Assembly (NCBI GenBank): GCA_011109175.1
Contig: RDEW01000001.1
Coordinates: 1,068,360-1,132,359, forward strand
Length of the DNA stretch: 64,000 bases
From: Dicyema japonicum
Taxonomy: Eukaryota > Animalia > Dicyemida
Reading direction: 5' to 3'
The notes under the pieces were generated by a model, which had not been told where the DNA came from, ran no database searches, and worked only from the letters and a program-made list of their open reading frames with translations. Made by a program: the position numbers and the translations under genes. Positions 24,735 to 36,904 of this stretch are shown in pieces. The first letter of the stretch is position 1. The number at the start of each line of letters is the position of its first letter.

Positions 24735-25944
24735 CCATGCCGTTTCTCGTTAACCGAAAGGGAAATAGAAGTTTAGAACATGATGGAAATCTGTATCATT
24801 TAAAGTACAAAAAGGACAAAGTACATATTGGAGGTGCTCAGATCGTACTTGTTCTGGATCTGTAAAAATCCTGTGATGAAGTTTGGAGTCTGAAGCAACA
24901 TAATTGTCTTCCAAGGAGTGAATTTGTTAAGAGAGCCTTAATGCAGGAGAACATAGAGCAGAAATCACTCTTTTGTAATATGGGTCCTAGACAGATAATC
25001 AATAATTCTCTGCCAGGACAAAATTTGACTACTATTGCTTTGACAGGGACTCATTCTTCTCTGGAACAACTGATTAATCGAACAAGAAAAAGCATCCAAC
25101 ACGAAAGTGACAATTCAGTTCTTAATATTGAGGAGAATTTAATGTATACCTTACGAGGGCATAGATTCTATCAGTTTACACAGTTTTCGTCAAAATATTG
25201 GTATATTAATGATTAACTTTTCAGATGTTGAGACACTGGTTATTTTTTAATTCTGAAATGACGACACCATTAAAAAATCATAAAATATGGTCTATTGATG
25301 GGACTTTTACTGTCTGCCTTCTTCTTTGGAAGCAGTTATTCACAATATCGGTAATAATTAATCACAATGTAATTCCAATAATATTCTGTTTTTTCTTCAA
25401 AAACTGAAAATGAATATGACACAATGCTTCAAATAATTAAACGTCTCATTCCGGATTTAAAACCAAGAGTTATTGTCTCAGATTTTAAAAAATAAACTCT
25501 TTTCAAAAATCATTTCCAAACGCACGGATAAATTGCCGCATGTTCCATCTATGACAAAATATTAATAAAAATATATTGGAATTAGGAATTTTCAACGACA
25601 TAAATAATAAAGATATAAATCGGTTAAATGTGATTTAAAATTAACAATAAATTTGTAAAACTGTTGAAATGCCTCTCCTTTATTCCTACACATACTGTAA
25701 AGAACACTTTTGATTGGATAGTGTCGAGATCAGATTTTCCTGCGATTCTAAATCCATTATATCAATATTTTTCGATCAATTATATCGGAAATCAAGAAAC
25801 TAGATTAATTTCATTTACCTAAAGATGTCGTTTCGCTAAAATCTCGTGATGTTTATTGATGAACTTATCCAAAACCTGAAAAAATTAATTGGAGGCCATT
25901 TTGAATGGACCTGCTTTAACGGCTCGTATTCAACCGGTCACATT
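24735..25944 (+). mobile_element. Mutator-like (MULE) transposase remnant
   Basis: FLYWCH-like N-terminus (HDGNLYHLK), WSIDGTF, IPIIFCF, VIVSDF and C.FHL motifs; frameshifted. Confidence 0.8.
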
Positions 25945-26689
25945 AAATATTTTGGTAACTGTCTTCAACACTACTTGATCATTCATTAATCTAATATATA
26001 AGAAAATATATTACAATGCAACAGGAAAAGACGATGAATGCAGAACAAACGAAAAGACCACAACAGAATAGTTGCTTGTCATCATCCTAGTCTTCATCAC
26101 ATCCAGTGGTTGACAGAGTGAGGTGTGTTGTGGTCGAAAAGTTACCCGGAATCCGTGCTATCAATAATTTTGATGATACAGCTGACGGTCTGCGTGAGAA
26201 TGGATACACGTAAATAGATCTCGTGGATATTCGGCTGGATGAAATAAAGAAGATTTTTAGTGATTCGGTGGATTCCAACAAGAAGTTGTATGTTTTCCAA
26301 AAAATTACAATAAAAATTCCAAGAAAATAATTGGGCAATAAGTATAGAAAAATCAAATAGTGGAGAATAATCCATATTTTTAAGTTACCGAAATATATAT
26401 ATATATTTATTAAATATTTTGATAACTGTCTTCAACACTACTTGATCATCCATTAATCTAATATATATAAGAAAATATATTACAATGCAACAGGAAAAGA
26501 CGATGAATGCAGAACAAACAAAGGGACCACAACAACGTGTCAAATTACACGCCAAATAAACCACTAATGTATCAGTAGGTTCGCCATATTGTAAAACAAT
26601 TTTTTAAAAACGAATAAAATAAATTAATAATTCTATCTATAATTGAACAGTTTTGCTTCTCACTAAATACAGAGAGATTGTGAAGATCC

Positions 26690-26815
26690 AGTCAATCGCC
26701 CGATACGTGCTTGTATGAGCTCGAGAAAGGAGCATCGGAAAATGAGGCCCTTCTATAGCGTGCTGGGATCATGTGATTAGTTAGTTTGTGTAAACGTGGT
26801 CTTTGCTGTTATTTT
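26690..26815 (+). mobile_element. LINE 3' end (AGIM*, ttagttagtt, hairpin)
   Basis: Homologous to 28630-28740 and 28960-29075. Confidence 0.7.
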
Positions 26816-28279
26816 TATTAGAGAAGAAACATCGTGAAATGTTAAGTGCCGTTTCCCATGGCCAAAGTTGAGGAAGATGATACCAGTGCGGTATATAAGA
26901 AAAATTCACTTATGGCTCAAAGTGATTTGCAATAAAAAACAATCTGTTTGGGTATAATCTCAGAATTGAATAAAACTAATGGAACGTTGGTACCTCGCGA
27001 GATGTTAAGATGTTTTTCACTTGAAGAGCGTGTTCAAGCATGTAAAGGAGGGGGCGGGGATTAATCTGTTCTAAGTGCAACCTGACATTTGATGTCTGAG
27101 TCTTGTGGAATGTTCGAAAACAAAGATCATCTTGCTGAGGTTACTAAAGAGAAACTCATCGATTTTCAATTCTAGCAGTACTCGTCAATTATGAGAAAAT
27201 ATACCTCGAGTCGTGTGAGTAAGATTCCATTAAATTTGACTTGACAAGTATAGAGAGGCTATCGCGTCCATGTCCGATCTGCGAATAAAAAGAGGTTTTA
27301 TTAACTACGAGTGGAATTCGGCCGAGAGTTATCTGCAGTCACTAACCTGAGCGAGCGCATCCTCCTTAAGATCCGGTGGTTGGGTCTAGTGTGTCTGTCA
27401 TGAACTTTGCAATAATAAATATAAAATACATGGGACATTCACCTAGGTGCTTTACGAACATATTTGTCTGCCAATATGGTGTGAAGGAGTTGATTAAAAA
27501 GAAGCAAAGAAACCTTGATTAAAAAGATTAACTTGAATGCACTTAATTCAGTCCCTCTCAAGGCAATTGAAAGCCACCATGTTGATGTTAAATTTTCAAC
27601 AACGTGTTAAAACCGTTAATACCTAGCGTAAGGCATTAAAGACAGGATAGAAGATATGCCATCATTGATATTTATTTTTATTTGTTTTTTACACTTATCC
27701 ATTCTACAAAGAATATTACATCTAGTCGAACGTCAAGGTTTATGTTTGTGTCCTGGATCTTTGATTACCTTCCGAAACCGTCGATCCGATCCTCCTCAAT
27801 TCTGCTAATTGGTACTACAGCTTGTCTTCATCCTCGCTTAGACCATCACTCAGTTTCTTGTTTAAGAAGAGCTTAATTCCGGCTCTCCTTGTTTTCTTTA
27901 GGATCATAAGATCTCATTTTTCGGAGATAATAACCATTATTCGCACCCATGCTGTAGACTGGAAAGTTTAACTCCTTTGAAAATGAACAGGAAGATGTCA
28001 CGGCTAACATGTAACTTTCGTGTACAGAGGAGTGACTGAAATGCTCTCTTAACTTCTAATAATTTTATTATCTGGGATAAACTTTAAGAATGATATGGAT
28101 GAACAATCCATTGAAGAAGTTACGAGGATTTACACCAATTAGTTTAGAAAGTATTGTTATGTAGCATCGGATCCAGGTCTTCGGTGAAGATTTCATCTGC
28201 TTCTTATTAACTTTCGCAAATAGCATGTGTTAATTGTGTGGATGTTCAATTCGATGCTAGAAAAGAATTGGCTGTCTTC

Positions 28280-29090
28280 AGTAGAATTGGGTGACTTTTG
28301 ACATGCATATGGCATTCTCGCCTCATGTTGAAAACGTAATTACGAAACGCGAAATGAAAACTAGTGTTCTACAATGCCTCACAGGCTTATGGAAGATCGA
28401 AAAGTAATTTGTTTTGAGCATTGTATATAAACAATTCATTGAACCATGCATCTCTTATGATGTGGTATATGGTCCCATTCATCTCTTGACGAATGTCTTG
28501 AAGATTGAGGGAAGCCGGAAAGAAGCCTCCAAAATCACAAAACGCAGGATTTCTGGAGAGTTCCAGCCACCATTGCCACTTGAAGCCTTGATACGAATGA
28601 ACCATGGAATGCGCCGTCGTGATGGCGAAGACCCAGTCACTCGATCGATACGTGCTTGTGTATGGTCGAGGGAGGAGCATCGAGCCAAGATGAGGTCCGT
28701 GCTAGAGCGTGCTGTGATTACGTGATTAGTTAGTTTGTGAAGAGTAGGGAATAAGGCATAACGAAAACCTTATAACAAAAAACTAATTAATTTATTGATT
28801 TATTTTTCATTAAAAAATTATTGATTTCTAACGGCCTTTAACGCTACAACGGCTCGTTTAACGGCTTACATCAACCGGTCATTAAATAATTAATAATTGC
28901 GATATGAAGCCTTGATACGAATGAACCACGAACGCGCCGTCGTGACTGCGAAGGTCCAGACACTCGACCGATACATGCTTGTGTGGTGTCGAGGGAGAAG
29001 CATCGGGCTAAGAAGGTCCGTGCTAGAGCGTGCTGGGATCACGTGGTTAGTTAGTTTGTGTAACTGTGGTCTCTGGTGTTATTATCATTA
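28280..29090 (+). mobile_element. Two LINE 3' fragments of one family (AVIT* and AGIT*), separated by a Mutator-like end
   Basis: GVTFDMHMAFSPHV...YKQFIEPCISY...SVLERAVIT*. The second copy ends SVLERAGIT with a gggatcac/gtggtctc stem. Confidence 0.75.
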
Positions 29091-29349
29091 TCAGGGAAGA
29101 TAGGTTCAGGTTTTAGCTGAGGAATCATCATTTTTATCATGAAGATATGTCACAAATTGATCCTATATACGACAACCTTCAATCCACTGTGGAATGTTTT
29201 GAAATCTCAATATTATTGAACGAGCATGTACATATTTCTTACCGGCTTTTGTCTATTAGGACTATTTTTTAACCCTGCTGAATTGTATGAGGTGAAATGG
29301 ATTGTCGAGAGAGTAGCTGGTGTTTATTAACAAATAAAAATCAAACAGT

Positions 29350-29460
29350 TAAAAGAGCCCTTTATTTAGGGAGCTTGAATAGCCATGCTGTTTCCTCTGA
29401 CAATAGCTATCGAGATACGCTCTTGAAGTCATCCAGTCTCACTTGATCCTTGATGACCCT
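29350..29460 (-). mobile_element. CRE 3' fragment
   Basis: SIAIVRGNSMAIQ, the CRE terminal RGNA motif. Confidence 0.6.
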
Positions 29461-30279
29461 TTAGATCAATGATCCGATCTGATGGACTAGATATTCCGCT
29501 TGATAGTTTCCTAATTTTTTCCTTCTGTTCTTGACGTGATTTTAAAAAAACCCTCTGAATTCACACACTTTAAGATATTGTAAGTGATCCATAGATTTTC
29601 TGAGCTTAAAGATAGCCTTTCCCTTCTCGATATGTTTGGAGACTAAAAAACAAGGAGGAGAAGATGGCATATATCTTGACACCTTATAGATGTAAGAAGT
29701 CATGAAGGGAGCATACAAGAGTTACTACTATAATAGGACAGGATAAGGATATTGGAGATGAGACTCGCAACTTATGAAACGAGGAAGGCATTCTGGAATG
29801 ATAATTTGCGTTTGAAATAAATCGTCGGAGGTTCTATCTGAACCTTACCAATGAGGACAAAGGCATTGTGTGTGGATTTGAGAGTTAGGAATATTTATTT
29901 TCTGGGGCCACGGTGTGGGAGAAGGATAAAAATCCAAGTCTTTCAATATCATTAGAAGACGTATTACTGGAATAGAAGACTCTCCAGTGGATATTTCTTC
30001 CGAACATTAAAAATATTATTAATAGGGCGGAAATTGTCTTATTTTTTTGTTCTAAAAAAGCAACTCACCTAGGATCAGCCCCGGAAAAGGCTAAGACCCT
30101 AAAGAAAAAATACGAATGTTGGCGTTGGGCGGTTAATTTTTGAATCAGTCGCCATGGAAACATCATGACTCCCTGGAAGCAGAACACTGACCCTGCTGAA
30201 CTGTATCTGATCTCGTATTGAAATATGGAAAAAGGAGAGTAAAAGAAAATAATAGCAGGCGTTCTCAGATGTCACTTAA

Positions 30280-30950
30280 TTAAGGAGGCTAGAAGTCGAA
30301 GGTGGGTCTTGGCAAATGATAAGATGACTCTTTTGTGGTTTTTGATAAAGGCAAATGACGAGTCCGAGTGTCCTGGGTTCTTTTTATTAACATTTAAAGT
30401 TAGATGATGTCTACAGCAGATACGCCTCAGATCAATCTGAAGTTCCAAAACTATGGTAGTTTCGCTTTCATCAATGTTTGGGAATGATGTCCAAAAGGTT
30501 TGTCACAACCCAGACTTTTGGTGGCATTTGTGGCAATCCAGTCATGTTTTTGTTCTGCCTGAGAGGAGCGGAAAGTGCGATAGTGCAGTATTTTCTAAAA
30601 GAGTCGTGAAGAATCGATGCGATAGAGTGCGGAGGATATTGAATTTGTAAGCTTTTCTGGTGTTAGATAAGTTCCAGATTATGTCTGCTGAATGATAGCC
30701 CTATTGTGCTTTTCGAGGAACTGTAGGCTAAGCATGAAATTTTTCCAGATAGGAAAAATCTTTATTTATTTATTAACCCGGGATCACCGAGAAAGAAAAA
30801 CAAAGTCAAGTCAACTAGTTAGGTGATCCCGCAACCAAACGTGCCATCCTAAGCCTGTGCGTCTCCATTGTTCCCACTGTCGAACGGAAATGCCTTCTTT
30901 GATCCTTGCAGAGAAAGAAATTTCTTAGCCAACCGATTTTCTTTTGCGTG
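30280..30950 (-). mobile_element. LINE C-terminal fragments and a 3' end with a perfect 9-bp hairpin
   Basis: NIDESET...DLRRICCRHH. The terminal stem is gggatcacc(30780-30788)/ggtgatccc(30822-30830); 30850-30910 is homologous to 37925-37980. Confidence 0.7.
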
Positions 30951-30959
30951 GAACAGTGA

Positions 30960-31400
30960 GTTCGAAGCGTAACTCTGTGCGAGGACCTAGATCGTTACAG
31001 AGTCAATGTAGGCTGTCTCAAGAGACAAAAGTTTCGGAAGTACACGATGAAGTTTATAAAAAACACCACCTCCTAAGGCAGACACTATGGATTGGGATTT
31101 GCTGTCCGAGCTTCGTTGAGAAAGTGGAGTTCAAAATGTGCAGTGAAATGATCGTATTGCGATTTTTCAAATCAAACTAAAACCGACAGGAGTAAACTGT
31201 TAACTATTATCAACGTATATTCCCCCATACCAGCAGAATATTTGTTACCTCTTATGAGCTTGACGAATTTTATGCAAGACTTTCCAAAGTGTGCACCGAA
31301 CTGAACAAAACAACAATCATGTTTCTGGTGGGAGAATGGAATGCCAAAACATGCATTAAGAAAAACCATGAATCGGTAGGCACAGAAGAGATATCGAAAT
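30960..31400 (+). mobile_element. RTE-clade APE endonuclease fragment
   Basis: DLDRYRVNVGC.QETK, YGLGFAV, INVYSP, ELDEFYARL, LVGEWNAK. Confidence 0.8.
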
Positions 31401-32230
31401 TGGGTTCTGTCTATTGATAATTTGCATGCTTTACTGTGATTATTAAGTCGTCTGCATATGACAGTGTAAAAATGCTACTCTCGTTTATATCACTTAGAAA
31501 AAATAAATTAAATAGTGAAATGGAGAGAATTAGATTTTTAACAAAATTTAGCATATCCGTCTTCAGAACGCTGATAATGACTGGATAGCTGAAATACGTT
31601 CCACTAGAAGCCCGTTGGCGCCTTGTGGACATATTCTACGGATGGGTGTAGAAAAACCCTGCAATGCCGCCATGGAAGAATTTTTCGGCCAGACTGAATT
31701 TTCTACATTCAAAGGACGTCCAAGAGGTTGTCTTCCCAGGACACTTGGGAGGATTATGCTGTAATGAAAATTTACCTTAACAAGCTAAAAGGCAGTCTAT
31801 TCGACGAAGGTCTCTCCCATCTATCGACCATATTCATCGTGAATGCAAAATGTTGTTTATTTCCGATCACCTCGAAATCTTAGGAATACAATTTATTTTC
31901 CGTGCCCAGGAAGAAAGTCATCCGTGCAACTTAATATGGAACGTACCCCTATCGTATCTATTCAACTGACTTAAGAAAAAAATATCGCGGTACCCGGAAA
32001 CATCCTCTAACAAGAAAGAAAATTGCATCTTATCCACAAGAAAATTGCAACCAGATCGATCAACACTCTCGGAGCAAACAAACTACTTAACAAGTTTCCT
32101 CCGAAAATAAATTACTCCGAATCACTGCTCCCACATGGTCCACAAGTCGATCTCTCAAGGTTAAGATGTGGACATCACCAAAATCTTCTCCAGTTTCTTT
32201 TCATAGACGTAACAAGGAAGGGTGCCTAAT
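31400..32230. mobile_element. LINE RT (YADD, -) and C-terminal (+) fragments
   Basis: TLSYADDLII on the - strand; PPKINYSESLLP...DLSRLRCGHH on the + strand. Confidence 0.65.
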
Positions 32231-32271
32231 TTGTAAAAATAAAAAAAAATGAGATATTTTTTCCTTTTAGA

Positions 32272-32545
32272 TGCTCAGTGTAACTAGTTACAGGCAAAAG
32301 GTCTGATGGCCACTAGTTCGAATCCCACTGCTGTATATTAATGTTCCACACATCTACGATGCTTTGGCTTGAGTGACGCCGTCATCAGTTAACATTTCAC
32401 TGCGGAACCGGATCGTTTATAAAGGACGTATTCGCAACAAAAAAAGAAATGAAGAACATTCCTTGGTTCTTCCTCTACAATTAGTTATCATAACTGTCCT
32501 TTACTTAAACAGTGTGTGTCCTGCCTAAGCGCAGCTATAGCTAAC
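32272..32545 (+). mobile_element. tRNA-derived SINE, copy 2
   Basis: TGCTCAGTG A-box-like and AGTTCGAATCCC B-box. Shares catctacgatgct, gagtgacgccgtcatcagt, ttcactgcgg, ttccttggttct and tcctgccta with 8478-8755. Confidence 0.75.
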
Positions 32546-33422
32546 ATGCCTCTGCGTAAAAGTGCAATTTTTAGATGCTTCAAGGTTTACGATGTGCATC
32601 AGCAAATTTTTTCACAGTTAATTACAATCGAACAATTTGAACAAAAAAGTTCCACGTCTAATTTTTCTTTGCATAACAAACTCTTAATATTTCTTAGCAT
32701 AAAACTGAACTTTCTGTGTTCTTGACCTCACACCCATCAGCCAAGAAGAACATGTTGATTAAAAATTTTGTTATGAGCTCTAGTATTTTAGTCAAATGTA
32801 TATTATATTGAATTAGCGGTTATGTAGGATTAGAAAATTATGGGAAAATCGTTCAGTCAGTTTTATAATATTAGCGTATTGAAGCCATCTAAGCTGGCGT
32901 TTCTAGAGATCACTCAATTTGATCTGGCGTAGCAAAAAGGTCGAAGGTGGACCTGAGCAAGATTAGAATGAAAGCAAAATGATGAGTCCAGTTTTCCTTC
33001 TAAATAAATAAAATCGATGCTAGTAGAAATTGCAAGTGAAATGGCAAAGAATTTGTTTTTTACTTGAGAAGTTTATACTGACTCAAGAGGCCGTGATTTA
33101 TTGACTTTACCGTTTAGTTCCCTAAATTATTATTTGTCCAATCGCCTGTAAACATATGGATTTATTCAGAGAATGAATAAGGATGTCTTCAACGAAATCG
33201 TAATACGATTGTTTCAAAATTAGAGCCAGTCGCAAAAGGAGATGTTTTTACATCTCCCATCATCCGCTGCGATCCTTACTTCTTAGCATCGGAGCAAGAG
33301 TTGTTACCAATGTCTGTTTCCGAATAAAGCACAATCAGTTCATCAAGTATCCCAGCGAGATTATCATTAAAATGCTCTTCTAATTAAATTGTTAAAATAT
33401 TAGAATTGATTATTTTTTTGAG

Positions 33423-35514
33423 TCATGTCCATATTTTGACTGTTCCGTCTCCACCACCGCTAACAAGCAAATCAGTAAATTTATCAAGATAAACTGAATT
33501 TACGGGACCTTCGTGACCAGTTAAGGCAACAGTCTACGGTAATCAGAAAACCTCCACCTTATCAGAGGTCAATTCTACTATTCTGACAATTGAATCTCCC
33601 CCAGCTACAGCGCACAACTGTCCTGTTTTATTTGATAGTTGAAAATACCTGTGGAATCTATAGAAAGAGAATTTGCGGAGAAGGGACCGATATTAAATGA
33701 TTTGAGGATTTTCATTGTTCTGATGTCCCAGACGAGAAGAGTACCAAACGAGTCACAAGACACAATTTTGTCCCCCTAAAACATTAAGAATCACAAAGAC
33801 CCGAGCAGTAAATGACGCTCCATTTACAGCGGACGTGTGTCCTTCAGCCAAAATTATCTCCTTAACCGACTAAAATATATTCCTTGAATATCACGGTTCT
33901 CCCGTCCCATAGAACGACTGTCTTGTCGGCAGAAGCTGTCAAGACTGTCATAGAAAATGGTAGAAATTCGACACTGTTCACAGAATTTTTATGATATCTC
34001 AAAATACTGCGACATTTTTTCCTACAATATATAAAAAAGAGATCACGTGTGGAGGTCGACTATTTTTGCCATTCCATCTGAAGAGGCAGTGGCGATAAAA
34101 TCCCCACAAGAATGCCAGGCGCAGTCCCAGACTTATATACCAAGTCAAAAATCAGCAAACCCACATTTTTGTGTTCCTCTATAGCATCGAGATATTCCAC
34201 GTGGTTGAAATCATTGACTCGCCAAACCTTGACTAGCCCATCAGCATCGGACGACAACACACGTGATTCACTAGGGAATAGTCTTTGAATTAAACTCGAT
34301 GTTAAATTGGCAAGAGGAGATCCACGTTGAGTGCGCGGGAATGCTTGATTCAAACGAAAAATTGGAGGAAGAGAAAAACTTGAGGTTTCCATCATCAGAT
34401 CCGGCAACGATCATTTCTCTTTGATGTGAAAATGTAACACTGTGAGTCACGTGTGATTGAATACTGATTTACTGGACTCTCTGGTCCCCATTCGTTGGAT
34501 GCCTGCATGGATGTGGCTAGACAAACGTCGTATGGACGAATTGGAGTTTTCCCTTCAAATATTTTCAAGTACGGATTTCTTCCTTCATCCTCTGGGAATG
34601 GAGTATCCTTGAAAATCTCAAATACTCAGAGACCATTAAAACCTTCGGTCCAGAATCTTCGACATCTAAGTCCATCTCTAAATGTTCAGGCAGTTATAAA
34701 ACTCTTAGTAATCGGAGACCCAATGCTTTGAGCTTCCATTTCGCGTAGTTGTATCTTAAGTTTGCTGACCTTACACTCAGCCTTGGCTCTGTTCAACTCA
34801 GTTGTACTCTTCTCCCTCATCATTATCTCGTATTTGCTGGACAGCTTTTCCAGAAGAGGCCGATATGCTTCATAATGTTCCTTAGATCTGAAGTCATAAG
34901 AATCTATCACAGTTTTAGGTCTTCTGTCAACTGTTGTTTTTCCTGTTCGACTCGTCGGTGCTTCAATGCATGAAAGTCCCGTTCTTTCTTGGCCCTAACG
35001 AGTTTGTTTTGTAATTTGCTAAATCAGCCCAGGAGTACTTATTTTCCAAGCGAAACTCCAAGAGATTTTTCTGAAGCAATTCTATTGAGTTTTTAAGACT
35101 TTGGTTCTCCACAAACTCAGAAGGGGGGTTAGGTTTTTCCCGAACTTCTTTAAATGCGCTGAAATCCACAAACTATGAAACCATTCATTTTGAAGACAGG
35201 CGAGTGTCTCTGTAAATTCATTTTGGCGAAGAAACGTCTTCACAAAATCCAGTGGACTCTCATATGATGATGTGGACGTTTTGATACTTTTAATTTCCCT
35301 CAAAACTACCTTTCTCTGTAAGGACTTATTCGCTCTTCTTTTACTAGTTTTTTCAGCTTCCCAAATGCTTCCCCACATTCTGCAATATACTTATAAGATC
35401 AACCAGAGCTATCGTCAACAGCTGAGCAATTCTCTGATATTGTGCGGATGGAGAAGATGTCATCCTCTAATATTACTGATACAGCTTATTTTAGATAATA
35501 CTTTTATCTGACAT
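33423..35514 (-). CDS. SPAG16: Sperm-associated antigen 16 / PF20 (central-pair WD40 protein), multi-exon
   Basis: DFVKTFLRQNEFTETLACLQNEW; KHRRVEQEKQQLTEDL; HYEAYRPLLEKLSSKYEIMMREK; VWDCAWHSCGDFIATASSDG; LTGHEGPVNSVY...LVSGGGDGTVKIWT*. Collinear with recalled human SPAG16; introns are 24-26 nt. Confidence 0.88.
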
Positions 35515-35528
35515 TTTGGCAGTTATTT

Positions 35529-35541
35529 GTGCCATAGAAAC
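35529..35541. promoter_or_regulatory. RFX X-box-like motif upstream of SPAG16
   Basis: GTGCCATAGAAAC matches GTHNYYATRRNAAC except at the left end. It lies 15 nt from the SPAG16 ATG. Confidence 0.45.
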
Positions 35542-35615
35542 AGTAATCAATGATTAATTTTCATTTTAATTTGATTTTGTAAAATTTGAATTTTACGGCA
35601 TAATTCAAGTTTTTT

Positions 35616-36290
35616 ATGACGACACTCAGAATTGAGCGAGAGTTTTCTAGTAATGCCATGACAGAGGTTAGGAGGGCCGAGATCACCCAATGGCAATGTT
35701 TTTTTGCTGATAACTATGATTCTTGTTTTTAAATAGATAAATGGAAGACATCTTATGAGTCCGAGTTTTTCACCAGGGGTAGTAAAACAGATCAGTAGCA
35801 TTGGTTAATTGGCGGAGGATTGAGCTGAGCTTTGATACACTATTTAATAATCCCGGATATACCGGAAAGTTAAGGTCCAATTAAAATATATCCAGTTCCC
35901 ATGGTCAGGCTGGGACGCATCCTTTCCAGGCGGAACCTCTCAAAAAACCAGGCAGTAATGATGAAATTGAACCCACAGCTAGTCGCATAGCACTTACTAC
36001 TACGGTACCAAAAATATGCACTCAATGACTGCATCCTCTCAAGGCGGACATGACCCCTTCCTAATTGACTCAAGAGACATTGAAAACCTGAGGTTTTGAG
36101 ATTGAGAAGCATCGGATGCACCATTATTTTGACTCGAATACCGTCTGCCCCCAAATGGAAGAACTTGTACAAGATTTGCAAATGAATGTGAACTAACCAC
36201 AAACAAATTCATTTGAAAATCACTATTTTCCAAAAATTGAGTCTCATGATTTTGTACCCAACGGCTTAAAAAACACAAAAGTAATTCAAA
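35616..36290 (+). CDS. Putative small spliced gene divergent from SPAG16 (unassigned; exon model uncertain)
   Basis: GC-richer, protein-like frames (MTTLRIEREFSS...; KWKTSYESEFFTR; QAEPLKKPGSNDEIEPTASRIAL; EKHRMHHYFDSNTVCPQMEEL) with GT-AG micro-intron candidates. Confidence 0.3.
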
Positions 36291-36292
36291 TG

Positions 36293-36828
36293 CTAATTAT
36301 TGTTAGTTTTTGTCAGATGAGGGAGATAACAGTGATCGAAATATTCCCTGGCCGAATGGGGAGCAACCTCAACATCACGTGTCTTATATGACACGTAGGG
36401 TTTCAACTACAATGAGAATCGCAGTAACCTGAAAATCCGTTAAGTCTGGGACGATGAACTCAGGGATCAGTTCCGGCACTTTTATCGATTTTCCTGAGGC
36501 AAGCTCAATCACACAACGGTTGGATCCTCCGTCTTGAGTTAAACATCAAAAGACCGAAAAATTTAGGCAATTCGGCATCTCCACCAGGGCGAAATTCATT
36601 GACGTCCTTGCCGGTTGGGAGTCTCGAGGGGTTATTTGGTATGTGACTGTTTGGAATGTCAATAAATCGTAGACGACGGCTCGGATATTTGGATTCAGCA
36701 AATTTGAACAAATTTTTGATTTTATATTTTTTACGCAAAAAATCGTAGTTTAATTTCTCTGGTCCCCACCGAAATTTGATTGGTGGACACGAACGACGGA
36801 AGAGTTTTATAGTTTTTATAGAACTCAT
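36293..36828 (-). CDS. MRPL41: Mitochondrial ribosomal protein mL41; 163 aa, two 22-nt introns (36533-36554, 36407-36428)
   Basis: The spliced ORF is open and contains PEFIVPDLTDFQLKPYVSY (human PEFVVPDLTGFKLKPYVSY). Confidence 0.85.
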
Positions 36829-36904
36829 GACCAACCTAACAAATTATTTAAAATCAAAGCTAAAATAATTAATAAGAAATTTAAATTATTTTTAAAAAAT
36901 TCAA

